A stretch of DNA of 64,000 nt, taken from assembly GCF_006345805.1 (NCBI RefSeq), contig NC_043012.1:9424001-9488000 (forward strand), given 5' to 3'. This DNA is from Octopus sinensis (taxonomy: Eukaryota). The number at the start of each line of letters is the position of its first letter. The first letter of the stretch is position 1. A program made the translations under genes and the position numbers. The notes beneath the pieces are model-generated. The model saw only the letters and a list, made by a program, of their open reading frames with translations. It did no database searches and was not told the DNA's origin. Positions 49,816-61,779 of the stretch are shown here, one piece after another.

Positions 49816-50471
49816 TCTCTCTATATATATATAAAACTGAGAATGTGTGTCTGTCTGTCTCTGTGTTTCCCTAAAACTTGAGAACTACTCAACCAACTTC
49901 ATTCAAATTTTATACAAGACTTACTTAGGGTCCGGGGAGTGTCATCAGCAAAACCAATTTTTTACTTTTTGCCTAGGGCGAGCCAACAGCAATATCATAT
50001 CTTCTCCACTACGATTCCCTAAAACTTGAGAACTACTCAACCAATTTCATTCAAATGTTACACATGCTTTACTTAGGGTTCATGTAGTTTCATGGGGAAA
50101 GAGTGTTCAATTTCTTGCCTAGGGTGAGCCCCAGTATTACATGTTAAAAGTGAAACAAAAACAATTCTCTATTTTATGTCAGATACTTTCACCTTAACAA
50201 TAAATATTAGAGATAATAATAACAATTGAATTATATGTAGTAAGTAATAATTAAAATCAAACTAAAGTATAATATAATCGTAACATAACAAAAGTAAAAA
50301 TAGCAATTGGTATGAAATTGCATCAATGACTTGAACTTGAATAAGTGGCTTCCACATGAATGGGAATAAATTAAAAATAAAATTAATGTGCAGAAATGGA
50401 ATGGTCCAGATGGAGCTGTGCACATACCGTTTACCACGGCTTTTACATTAGATTATCTGCTAATTAGCTAG
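49816..50471 (+). mobile_element. Possible non-autonomous Helitron-like element with internal 148-bp tandem duplication
   Basis: 5' A|TCTCTCTATATATATATAAAA..GTCTGTCTGTC; CCCTAAAACTTGAGAACTACTCAACCAA at 49869 and 50017; CCGT/ACGG hairpin and CTAG at 50468-50471 (followed by C, not T). Confidence 0.35.
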
Positions 50472-50829
50472 CATTGAGTATCTATATGAAGTTTGGCTGT
50501 ATGTAATGTCTGTTTTCTCGAACAGCCGCTTCTATTGAGTACTGCTGTTGGTTTATTTCTTATACTTCAACTGCATACTTCTGCATACTTCTTATGCTTC
50601 AACTGCGTACTGCTTTTTGATTCACCGTAAGGTTTGTTGTCATTATTATTACTGTTTAAATATTGTTATCACGTTTGTTGGTTCCCGGTAAGCGAAACGT
50701 TGTTGTGTTGCATTTGTTAAATAATTGTAAACTGTAAGCCCCCCCCCCCACTTTGGGAGAACGAGCTTTGGTTATTGTTTAAAAATTGAATTGTGTCCTT
50801 GTTTGGGGAAATTGACAATATTTTCACCG

Positions 50830-51385
50830 TTTATACGGAAGCATTTTGTTAGAATGCCTTCGATTGAAGAAAGTCCAAAAACGAATTTCGCTACAGCCGT
50901 CGGCGGGCGCGAACTCATTAAAATTAAAATGGAAGAAATACAAACCTATTTCCGATTGATCACCGACAAAGACGGTGAATCTAGGAAAAACACCACCAGA
51001 CGAAATAAAAATTTAAATTAAAGAAAAGACTATTGTCTATAAAGTATACAATGTAGAGAAAAAAAAGATTTGAACACCTGGAGGAAAGCACCATCGGAAT
51101 CTGTCTTGGTGCGACTATGAAAGATATCTAACCAGAGGCGGTAAATTCGCCACAATTGAAGCAAGGTTCGAGTCAACGGAGCGTGCAAGGGAGTACTCGA
51201 CTCGAACCTTGCAAAGTGGAAATATTTTATTTTTACCTTTATATCTGGGATGTAGGACGTCCCGGATAAAAATTAAAAATGTCCGCCCAGAAGTAGAGGT
51301 AGGCTGGATGGTAGCCACACTTCTATACAAGAGAGAGGACGAGATACAATTAATCGAAATTGCAAGAGACAGGCCTACAATTCCA
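50830..51385 (+). mobile_element. Probable decayed LINE ORF1 (Tx1/L1-like), 3'-truncated
   Basis: Frameshifted SPKTNFATAVGG..IVYKVYNV..GGKFATIEARFESTERAREYST..LPLYLGCRTSRIKIKNVRPEVEVGWMVA resembles RRM-type ORF1; assignment from memory only. Confidence 0.4.
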
Positions 51386-51564
51386 GTTTGCTATATATTT
51401 TGAGTATTGTTATCACTAGCGATATCAAGATATAACTTTGTATTTTGTATTTTATGTGTAGATGTATATATATATATAAATGCACATGTAATATGTACAC
51501 ATATATATACACATATATACATGCACAAGCACTATGACCTGGCAACGATGGGTCATAATGCGAG

Positions 51565-51595
<31 letters not shown>

Positions 51596-51604
51596 GTATA
51601 TATA

Positions 51605-51963
<359 letters not shown>

Positions 51964-52184
51964 AGGAATGTAATAAACTTACTTTGATTTAGATATATAT
52001 TAATTAAGTACGAGTCTATCCTTTCTTTATTGAATAACGAGAAAGTAATTTGCAGACAAATTGAATCTCCCTCACTAATTCAATTTTCTGAAATGTAAAT
52101 TCAGTTTTGGAAGCAAGATATTCTATAATGGTTCACGAAAGAATGCAGCAATCACATGTTAGTCACGAAATTATAGTTTGCATC

Positions 52185-52375
52185 TTTTATTTTCATCTTT
52201 TACTTGTTTCAGTCACCTGAGGCTGGCCATACTTGGACACGGCCTTAAAGAATTTGGAATCGAACCAGTACTTATTTATTTGAAGCCTGGTACTTAGTCT
52301 ATCGACATTTCTTTTGCCGAACCAACTCCGGTTTTCAACCGGTAATGGGGGGTGGGTGGACATAAACACAAGCAC
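52185..52375 (-). mobile_element. SINE family D, tail module
   Basis: TACTTGTTTCAGTCA..GGCCATACTTGG..CTTTTGCCGAACC. Confidence 0.65.
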
Positions 52376-52631
52376 AGACCTATATATATGTATATATACA
52401 TATATATTATAATGATATTTTATTATATAATATATATATATAAAATCCTCTATTTTCATTATATTGAGGTTTTGTCCTTTTGTTGTCATTTTATTATTAT
52501 TAATCAATATATATATATATACATAATAACAACTATATAATGAAATATTATAATAACATATAAACTCCGAGTTAAAGCGACATTTCTTATCTAAACAACT
52601 GACTGAAAAATTTATGAGCTAACTCCAACTA

Positions 52632-52687
<56 letters not shown>

Positions 52688-52819
52688 GTGTGTATGTGTG
52701 TATGTATGTATGTATGTATGTATGTATGTATGTATGTATGTATGTGTATGTATGTATTGTATGTATGCATGTACCTACCTATCTATCTATATTTCTATCT
52801 ATCCCTTTCTACGCACACA

Positions 52820-52855
<36 letters not shown>

Positions 52856-52901
52856 TACACACACATATTTATAGAAGGTTGATTTTTATGGCCAGCCAGT
52901 T

Positions 52902-53085
52902 GGTGACCGTTGTTTTCGCACCTATAAAGCTCATAGCTGAATAGGCGACTGTCCCGACTCAAATGGCCCGAGGTGAATAACCTTTCTACAACCGGAGGAA
53001 AGAACACGACATGGGTAATTATTTGTGAGTCTGAAGAGTCGCCTATAAAGCTACGTTCTTTATAGATGTAAAACCACTGGTCACC
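52902..53085. repeat. 184-bp imperfect fold-back element
   Basis: Colinear inverted blocks GGTGACC/GGTCACC, CTATAAAG/CTTTATAG, ATAGGCGACT/AGTCGCCTAT and GACTC/GAGTC. Confidence 0.75.
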
Positions 53086-53237
53086 CTCTGACCAGATATA
53101 GCAGTCAATCTTCTATAAATATATTGCTGTTATAATGTTCTAGAGTGTGCCTGGTTGTCGGATATATAAACTACTGATGACACACACACACACTCACACA
53201 CACACATATACATACACAGGCGCGCGCGCACGCACAG

Positions 53238-53400
53238 ATATATACTAGGGGGTTCTTTCAGTTTCTCTCTACCATATCCACTCACAAGTTTTTCGTCGAC
53301 CCAAGTCTATGGGAGGAAGACATTGGTTCAGGGGCTCAGGCAGCGGGACTGAACTCGGAACCAGGTGGTCGGAAAGGAAACTTCTTACGACACAGCTGCG
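53238..53400 (-). mobile_element. SINE family D, 5' module, degenerate
   Basis: GGTTCTTTCAGTTTC..TCCACTCACAAG..GCAGCGGGACTGAACTCGGAACC. Confidence 0.7.
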
Positions 53401-53489
53401 TCTGTGACTTAATGATTTCAAATTGATTTTAGCGCAAATTACGGAAACGGAATAATAATGTTTAATTATTTAAATTATAATTATCTTAA

Positions 53490-53623
53490 AGATGATGACG
53501 ATGCTTATGATGATGATGATGATGATGATGATGACAATGATGATGATGATGATGATGATGATGGTGGTGATGATGATGATGATGATGATGACGATGATGA
53601 TAATGATGATGACGATGACGATG

Positions 53624-53680
<57 letters not shown>

Positions 53681-53695
53681 GCGATGACAATGATG
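53490..53695. repeat. (GAT)n microsatellite
   Basis: Direct reading; explains the poly-D/M/I/S ORFs. Confidence 0.97.
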
Positions 53696-53699
53696 AAGC

Positions 53700-54765
53700 T
53701 GGAGGGGGGGATATTATTGCTGAGGATCAGTTCCCCCAACTAAGAATTAACCCGGTAATTTTCTGAAGTATAAAAGTGGCCCATCGTATCATGTATACAG
53801 AGAATATCCACAGATAATCGATCACATAATCTCTGGATTTAGACGGCTGGTATCTACAAAGTACTTGCAAGGCCATAAGATAGCTCAGTTCCCACACTGC
53901 TCAATATGCAGCACATACAACCCCACTCTGAAAGAGTATTTGTCGGAGCATAAGTCACCAGAAGTTGCCCTTAATGATGAAGACATCATCTTTTAGTATT
54001 TCAGTAATCAAACTGACCGAAGTATTGTGTTGTCCGGAAAGATCGTGCCGATTTTGAAAGGAAAGAAAAAGGTCAATAAATACTTGCCATTACATTTTTA
54101 ATCAACCAAATATGAACCATTTTGTTGCACAATACCTCTCCATCTTTCCTTTAACATGAACATACACTCTTCCCAGAATTGAGGTGGTTTCATGACAAAG
54201 AATTCATCAAGGTACCTTTTTACGTCATCCAAGGAATTAAAATTTTTACCATTACGACTATTCTGCAGAGACCTGAATAAGTGGAAATCCGAAGGAGCAG
54301 CATCTGTTGAATATGGAGGGTGGGTAACACATTCCAGCCGAGCTGCAGCAATTTTTGTCAGGCTCCCAAAGCATCAAGTGTCGAAAATGAACTTTCTTAT
54401 CTTCCATTATAAAGGGCTGCAGAATTAACACAGGTTATAGGAACATAAACCTTCTTCCACGAAAAGATAGCTGAAACTGTGCTCTAAATGGAGGTGTAGT
54501 CAAATCCTATTTTATGGACTCAACCATATTCTAAAATAAGTCGAAATGTAAGCTACTATAAATCGGCACGAACTTTCCGGACAACCCAATAATACAGGCT
54601 AACCACCAGATAACAATGTGAAAAATCACGTTGAAAACATTTATATTTTTCTTGATGTTGCTGACCCAGCTGCCGAAAACACATCTGAAAACATTTGGGA
54701 CATTGAGTAAATATAATAACTTGGAGATAGAAATGAGAAGAATATGGCATTATCTATTGATATTG
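53700..54765 (+). mobile_element. R4/Dong-clade retrotransposon fragment (zinc knuckle plus REL), split by a mariner
   Basis: IIAEDQ.. / IIDHIISG..KYLQGHKIAQ..SIC / EHKSPEVALNDEDIIF*..QTDRS |mariner| QANHQI..LDVADPAAEN..KYNNLEIEMRRIW. Confidence 0.75.
54023..54591 (-). mobile_element. Internally deleted mariner with both 30-bp TIRs and TA TSD
   Basis: TIRs 54025-54054 and 54560-54589 (2 mismatches); TA at 54023-24 and 54590-91; MEDKKVHFRHLMLW fused to KLLQLGWNVLPHPPYS..APSDFHLFRSLQNS..KNFNSLDDVKRYLDEFF. Confidence 0.93.
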
Positions 54766-54769
54766 GTCT

Positions 54770-54952
54770 CAAATTGTGTCACAAGGTTTAGAGTTTCCGG
54801 GGATATGTTAGTTGATTACATAAACCCCAGTGCTGAATTGGTACTTAATTTAACGACCCGGAAACGGATGGAAGTCAAAATCGACTTCGGCATAATTTGA
54901 ATTCAGAACGAAAAGACGGAAATGTCGGTAACGCTTCTGCCAACTTACCGTC
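54770..54952 (-). mobile_element. SINE family A, tail type 2, diverged
   Basis: ACCCCAGTGCTGAATTGGTACTTAATTTAACGACCCGG..TAACGCTTCTGCCAAC. Confidence 0.8.
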
Positions 54953-55386
54953 TTATTTTCTATAGATATTGACGATTGTGCCCGGTGGCGTCTTGTGATG
55001 CTATGCGTCTTGTGTTACTCCAGTACCAGTAACAAACATAATCACTTGCCGTTGCTCTTTTTGTCCTCTTACGCTTTCTGGAGAGAAATATTTAAATGGC
55101 CTTTTACATTCACACGTAGCAGCTGTGGTTTCTGTCTTGAATGCTGAACTTTAAGGTCCTTTTCTACGCATCGTCTACAGAGTTCTTGCAGGCTTAATGG
55201 TCATAGGGTCCCCACTTGCCATTAAATGCATGAAATTACATAGGCAAAAACAACACGCAGATATTCTGCGAAATACATCGATGCAATCTAGGAATCGACT
55301 TATCACAGATGTCCTTGATGGCGTCTTGCATTCTCAAAATATTCTAGGACTCTTTTATAGCTATTTTTCGTATTTTAGTGTCCTTC

Positions 55387-55428
55387 GTCTGAAATTGTTC
55401 GTCACAAATCCTGTGACCTCTTCAGGAC
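55387..55428 (-). ncRNA. Decayed hammerhead-like motif
   Basis: GTC-CTGAAGA-G-GTCACA ggatt TGTGAC-GAAC-aatttca-GAC: intact CUGAAGA and 6-bp stem II, but GAAA and the cleavage triplet are damaged. Confidence 0.4.
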
Positions 55429-55847
55429 TTTCCCTCCCACGTGCCTACTCCTTTTCTATTTAATCCATTTTGTCTTTCTGCAGTGTGTATCCTTATCTGC
55501 GCATGTGCTTGCATTTGTATCTGTGTGTGTGTGTGTGTGCGTGTATGTGTGCTTGGGAGCGTGTCTTTGTGTTTAGTATGTGCGTTTTCTGTATATATAT
55601 ATACACACACACACACACTTACACTTCATAACGAAGACATAACACGATGTTTTGAGAAATTTGAAAAGTTAACACGAAACCGGTAATTTCTTCAAAAACT
55701 ATGTCACTATGAAGAAATTTTATAACATTCTTCTGAAATAATGACAAATATATTTTTCAACCTTTTAAAACAAGCCTTCTGTAGTTTTTTCACTTTTTAC
55801 TATTTTCTATATATTCAACCACGTGCTTTCACACACCAACTTTCTCA

Positions 55848-55895
<48 letters not shown>

Positions 55896-56169
55896 TATGG
55901 TTTAGCTTACTATAGTGTTTGCACTCATGCACTTTATTTAGTTTTTTATTCATTTATTAATTTATTTATTTCTCTTCCTTTCTCATTCCGTCTTAAGTGT
56001 GTGTATGTGTGTTGTGCGTGCGTGAATATAGGTGTTTATATATTATACTGTTTGTATCTATATCTTTTTTCTGCTCTCATTCTGTCCTTAGTTGTTATAT
56101 TGCGTAGTGTGGTGCAGGGGTGTTATCGCTCCATTCATGTTTTCTTTTGAGGGTCGGTATGTCTACTAG

Positions 56170-56830
56170 TATATATGTGGTCTCGCCAACCTAAGTGTCG
56201 TGTCTATGTTATTAACCGAGCCTCTGTCTTTTAATTGAGCATGTTGACAGAGTAGTGACCAGCTTTTCTGCTTTTTGAACTTCGGCCAGTGTCCAACGAT
56301 CCGCTCCCTTATGCTACGTGTTGTCTCCCCAATGTATGTTGTCTTGTTTCTGAACCGTCCCTCAGTACACACCGTATACGACAGACAACATCCCTAATCT
56401 TACAGTTAACCTGTGGGTTCACCCTACCTACTAAACAGTTGTTCTCCGTACTCAGAGACTTTTCAAATGGATATGTTCAACAAATCAAGGATTTTGTGGG
56501 GTTTCCATGCTTTTCTATTACTTTAATTCGCAGATTTACCTTATTTAAGGTTTTCTTAAAATGGCATGCTAGATCTCCCGCTATATATATGGTTGTCATA
56601 CTATGAGTTGGTCTTATCTATCTTCTTCATGATAAACATTTTTAAACAAAAGATAAAACATGAAAAAACGTTCACGTCCACATGAGGTCGTGCACGAGAT
56701 GACCTCCGCTTCCGTTTCCTGAGTTGTGAGTGATTGTTCTTTCGAAATATTGGCCCACTACTTTTGTTTTTAACATAGCTGTTTCTTGCTATTCTTGCCT
56801 TCTTATTTCTTGAAAACAAAAGGCATCATC
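56170..56830 (-). mobile_element. Penelope-like element remnant: linker plus GIY-YIG endonuclease
   Basis: GPIFRK..RKRKRR; GDLACHFKKTLNKVNLRIKVIEKHG..YPF..CLV..NCKIRDVVCRIRC; frameshift; YIGETTRSIRERIVGH..LLCQHA. Confidence 0.8.
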
Positions 56831-58003
56831 AATCACATGATCTTTTCTTCAGTACTCATTTCTCGTCACTCTTGCGGTAAAGATTACTTCAATGGAAGGG
56901 TGACGACCTGACAAATCCCGTTTTCTTAGAAATTATTCAAAGCTAAAACACCGTCTTTATGATGGCAGAGGTAAAGCAGGCTCATTTAAAACTACTGCTG
57001 TAATATTCATAGTTTTTTCCCCACTAAAACGTACCTGTTTCAGAGTGTTTCTACTGTTGGTGTGTAAAATATTTGTTAAACTGTTCGAATTGTTTAATTT
57101 TTTTATTAAAAGCTAATATAAATTCCTGTACCATTTTTCTATTGTCGTAAACGTTCATTCAGTGTTGTAACGTGGTTTTGTACTGCGTCTTTTGAATTCT
57201 ATTTCCCAAAAGAATTATTTTATTTATTTATTTATTTTATTTATTTTATTTATTTCAACCGAGAATGATTAACATGAGGAAACGCAACTTGTTCGCCACG
57301 ACAAGCTCCAATAATACCGATTTAAAATATAATAAATCAAAATAAAAAAATGACGAAAAGTCGAAGGATGACCGAGAAGGTAATAGGTGTAAAATGTATT
57401 TATCATAACCTTATACAGTTAACGTCTTGTAATCTTCAATGTTGTTGGCGATCTGAGACAGCGACGTATGAACTATTTATCGGGAGCTCAGTCCAAATAA
57501 AGAAAAAACTGATTCCCCTTCCCCAACGCAAACATAAGCAAGCATACAAATAAGCACTACATTATTCACCCTAAGATTATCAACTGAGGAATTCGCATTT
57601 TGAATTTAATGCTTAAAAAGATTTATCAAATAGTCCATGATCTAATACGTGACCAAACTTGCTACCCAGCTAAAATGAGGACAGTTCATATAAAAGGCCG
57701 GACATTATCCATGTAAATCTCGTACATAAAACAGAAAATATATAAATGTTCACATGTTTGTTTTACTAAAAGTGACACTTTATCCAAGATAGGAACTTAC
57801 GACAGTATTCTCGCATAATACTTTAGACAAATATAGCCTAGATCGCTAGTATGGCGTTGGTCAACAACCTAGCTAACAACATTAAGGCGTTGGACATTAA
57901 CGGGATAACTGGCTGAAACACGAAACATGAAAGAAATAAAAATATATAAAAATAAAGATATGCATAAAAGTTTGTAAGATAAGCACACGTCCAGAATATG
58001 TAT

Positions 58004-58269
58004 TACTCTTTTACTTGTTTCAGTCATTTGACTGTGGCCATGCTAGAGCACCGCTTTTAGTCGAGCAAATCGACACCCAGGACTTATTCTTTTGTAAGCC
58101 TAGTACTTATTCTATCGGTCTCTTTTGCCGAATCGCTAATGTTACGGGGACGTAAACACACAAGGATCAGTTGTCAAGCGATGTTGGGGGAACAAACACA
58201 GACACACAAACATATATACACTCACACTCACATACATACATACATACATACAAACATACATACATATAT

Positions 58270-58300
<31 letters not shown>

Positions 58301-58504
58301 AATATATATATATATTATATATATATATATACATATTATACGACGGGCTTTTGTCAGTTTCCGTCTGCCAAATTCACTCACAAGGCTTTGGCCGGTCCGA
58401 AGCTATAGTGGATGACACTTTCCCAAGGTGACACGCAGTGGGACTGAATCCGAAACCAAGTGGTTACTAAGCAAGCTACTTACCACACAGCCACTCTTAC
58501 GCCT
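58004..58504 (-). mobile_element. SINE family D, full length, internal CA/TA tract
   Basis: Both modules; head ..GCAAGCTACTTACCACACAGCCACTCTTACGCC. Confidence 0.92.
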
Positions 58505-58721
58505 ATGATAATAAAAATTTTAAATAACGAGCTCATATCAAAGGCGATGCTCCAGCATAGTCGCAGTACTCTGGCAGAAACCATTATAAGAATAAAAGAA
58601 AGCGATAAAAACTTAAACTGAAAGCATTCAAAGTATAAATCTCAAAGATTTCTGAAACTTGGCAAAACAATGTAACAAAGCCATTCCCCATAATGAATCA
58701 TAAAAGCTTGAGCAGAATAAT

Positions 58722-59016
58722 GTGGCGCAATGGCCCAGTGGTTAGGGCAGCGGACTCACAGTGGGAGGATCGCGGTTTCGATTACCAGACCGGTTGTTGT
58801 GTGTGTTTATCGAGCGAAAACACCTAAAAGCTCCACGAAGCTCCGACAGGGGGTGATGGTGACCCCTGTTGCACTCTTTCGCCACAACTTTCTCTCTCTT
58901 CCTGTTTCTTGAGTAACGTGTAGGGGGAGGTGTTACAGGCACAGGCCATAGAAACCGGGAAACCGGGCCCATGAGCCTGGCTCGACTTGAAAAGGGCGAC
59001 GTTTATCGTTAACGTA
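58722..59016 (+). mobile_element. SINE family B, tail type 3, 11-bp TSD
   Basis: TSD AGCAGAATAAT at 58711-58721 and 59017-59027. Confidence 0.93.
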
Positions 59017-59193
59017 AGCAGAATAATAAAGAGGGAAAATATAAATAAAGAAGAATATACTGAAGATTTAAAACAGAAAAATTTTAAATGTAGAAGTCAC
59101 GAGCATGATAATCTACACTGGGGAATACGTAAGGAATTAAAAGCAATACTAAACAACAGTACGCACCATTAATTTAACCGGTATTACGAAGAA

Positions 59194-59567
59194 GTGGAGG
59201 CGCAATGGCCCAGTGGTTAGGGCAGCGGACTCGCGGTCGTAGGATCGCGGTTTCGATTCTCAGACCGGGCGTTGTGAGTGTTTATTGAGCGAAAACACCT
59301 AAAGCTTCACGAGGCTCCAGCAGGGATGGTGGTGATCCCTGCTGTACTCTTTCACCACAACTTTCTCTCACCCTTACCTCCTGTTTCTGTTGTACCTGTA
59401 TTTCAAAGGGCCGGCCTTGTCACGCTGAATATCCCCGAGAACTGCGTTAAGGGTACACGTGTCTGTGGAGTGCTCAGCCACTTACACGTTAATTTCACGA
59501 GCAGGCTGTTCCGTTGATCGGATCAACCGGAACTCTCGTCGTCGTAACCGACGGAGTGCTTCTATCC
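59194..59567 (+). mobile_element. SINE family B, tail type 2, 11-bp TSD
   Basis: TSD ATTACGAAGAA at 59183-59193 and 59568-59578. Confidence 0.95.
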
Positions 59568-59684
59568 ATTACGAAGAAACAAAACTTTACGGTTAAACAG
59601 CAACGGAAATAGAAAGAAAAGCTAATTCTTGCTAGCGCAACCTTAAAAAAATGATAAATCAATCATAAAAATCTGTATTCGTGT

Positions 59685-59895
59685 CAAGTTTTGGCACAAT
59701 GCAAGCAATTTCGGGGCGGGAGAGGGGTATGTGGGTTACATCGACATCAGTACTTAGCTGCTATTTATCTCATCGACCCCGAAAAGACGAAAGACTCAAT
59801 TGACCTCGTCGGATTTTGAACTGAGAAAGTGGAGACGGACAAAATGTTCGTAAGCGTTTCGCTCGGCGTTCTCACTATTCTGCCAGTTCGCCGCC
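59685..59895 (-). mobile_element. SINE family A, tail type 2
   Basis: TTGGCACAA..TTACATCGACATCAGTAC..CATCGACCCCGAAAAG..TTCTGCCAGTTCGCCGCC. Confidence 0.85.
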
Positions 59896-59932
59896 TTAAA
59901 CACTAACACATACACATACATGGATATGTATA

Positions 59933-60260
<328 letters not shown>

Positions 60261-60426
60261 AAAAAATATATATATTTATTTATTTGCATACACACGCACA
60301 CATACAGACACACATATATATAAATTCATTTATATATATATATACATACATATAATATGCATAATACACATACACACATGCACATATATATCTAATATAT
60401 ATGTAATATATATATTACACACATAC

Positions 60427-60492
<66 letters not shown>

Positions 60493-60550
60493 TACTCACC
60501 CACCCATTCACACACATATATTACTCACTCACCCATTCACACACACATAT

Positions 60551-60764
60551 ATTCTTTTCAACTCTAGGCACAAGGCCCTAAATTTTTTTTTTTGGGGGGG
60601 GCCAGTCGATTAGATCGACCCCAGTACGCAACTAGTACTTAATTTATCGATTTATTGACCCCGAAATGATGAAAGGCAAAGTCGACCTCGGCAGAATTTG
60701 AATTCAGACGAAGAACCACGAAGCATTTTGCCCAGCGTACTAACGTTTCTGCCACTTCGCCGCC
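60551..60764 (-). mobile_element. SINE family A, tail type 2
   Basis: ATTCTTTTCAACTCTAGGCACAAGGCC tail..TTTCTGCCACTTCGCCGCC head. Confidence 0.9.
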
Positions 60765-61779
60765 TCACACATCACATATATTAGCTAAAATAAGTAATAT
60801 ATGCAATAGTCTTTATAAATACAATTAATATGCGTGTTGCTTTATATAAGTGTAAAAATCCAAGGAAACGACATAGAATGAACCAGAGAATAGTTAGCTA
60901 GTTAGTGATCAAAAGCATCGGTGCCTTTAATTTCGATGTCATTCATTTGACTATTCGCTTTCATTCTTTGCGAATAAATCCAGTTTATTAGACATCAGGT
61001 ATTTTCCACAAACCGCTTTCTTTTGATAATGTGACACATTTGTTATTTTTGTTAGGTGTCTTCTTGTTAAGTGTGGTTGACTTTAATTTCAGCTTGTCTC
61101 TGCCTAACTGACAGAATATATTTTTGGTATGCCCTTGGCTTGTGTTGGCCAATAACGACTTGCATTAAATTTAAGTACCAAACTATTCATACAGAATCTT
61201 GGAACCATTACTGCGATTGCAGAAAAGAGAAAAGAATTGCAGATTTCCAAACTTATAAAAGACACACCACTACCAGACTGAATCCATATTTCCCGTCTTC
61301 TCAATATTTTGAATCCTTCTCGTGCTTCGTCTTCTGCATATCACACAGATGCACACACAGATGCACACATGCATTAATAAAAAAAAAAAAACGGAAACCT
61401 TTTTAGATTCATTCTGACATGATGTTATCAACATATCTTTTATTTGGCAGTATTAAAGAGATTTTCAACATGTTCTTTCCAGCACACCTCTTCCAAGAAA
61501 TAAAATTTTATGTGCTACAACAATTTCGTTTTTCCACTGTTAATTTTATCTGCTTCAAGATCTTATCTGCCAAATTTTATTATCTGGTTCCCCCAGAATT
61601 TGGCTCTTTATATTCTATGCTTTAAGTTGTCTCCTTCAAAAAACATCCGCAGTTTTGGTTATTTTCATTTAATACGATAACGGCCCTCAAATTTTATCAA
61701 AATAAAAATCTTTGAAGACTTAATGAATGAAATCAGTGACGAAATGACACATATGAAGAAATAAAGTAGGCTGTACAGA

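Noticed and set aside
59194-59265. tRNA-like sequences at the heads of SINE families B, C and D
   Set aside because: A/B boxes are present but there is no complete cloverleaf or acceptor stem, and each runs into a SINE body with TSDs; not tRNA genes.
60490-60550. Two ~29-bp direct repeats (TATTACTCACYCACCCATTCACACACATA)
   Set aside because: Only two adjacent units with no spacers, so a simple slippage duplication rather than a CRISPR-like array.
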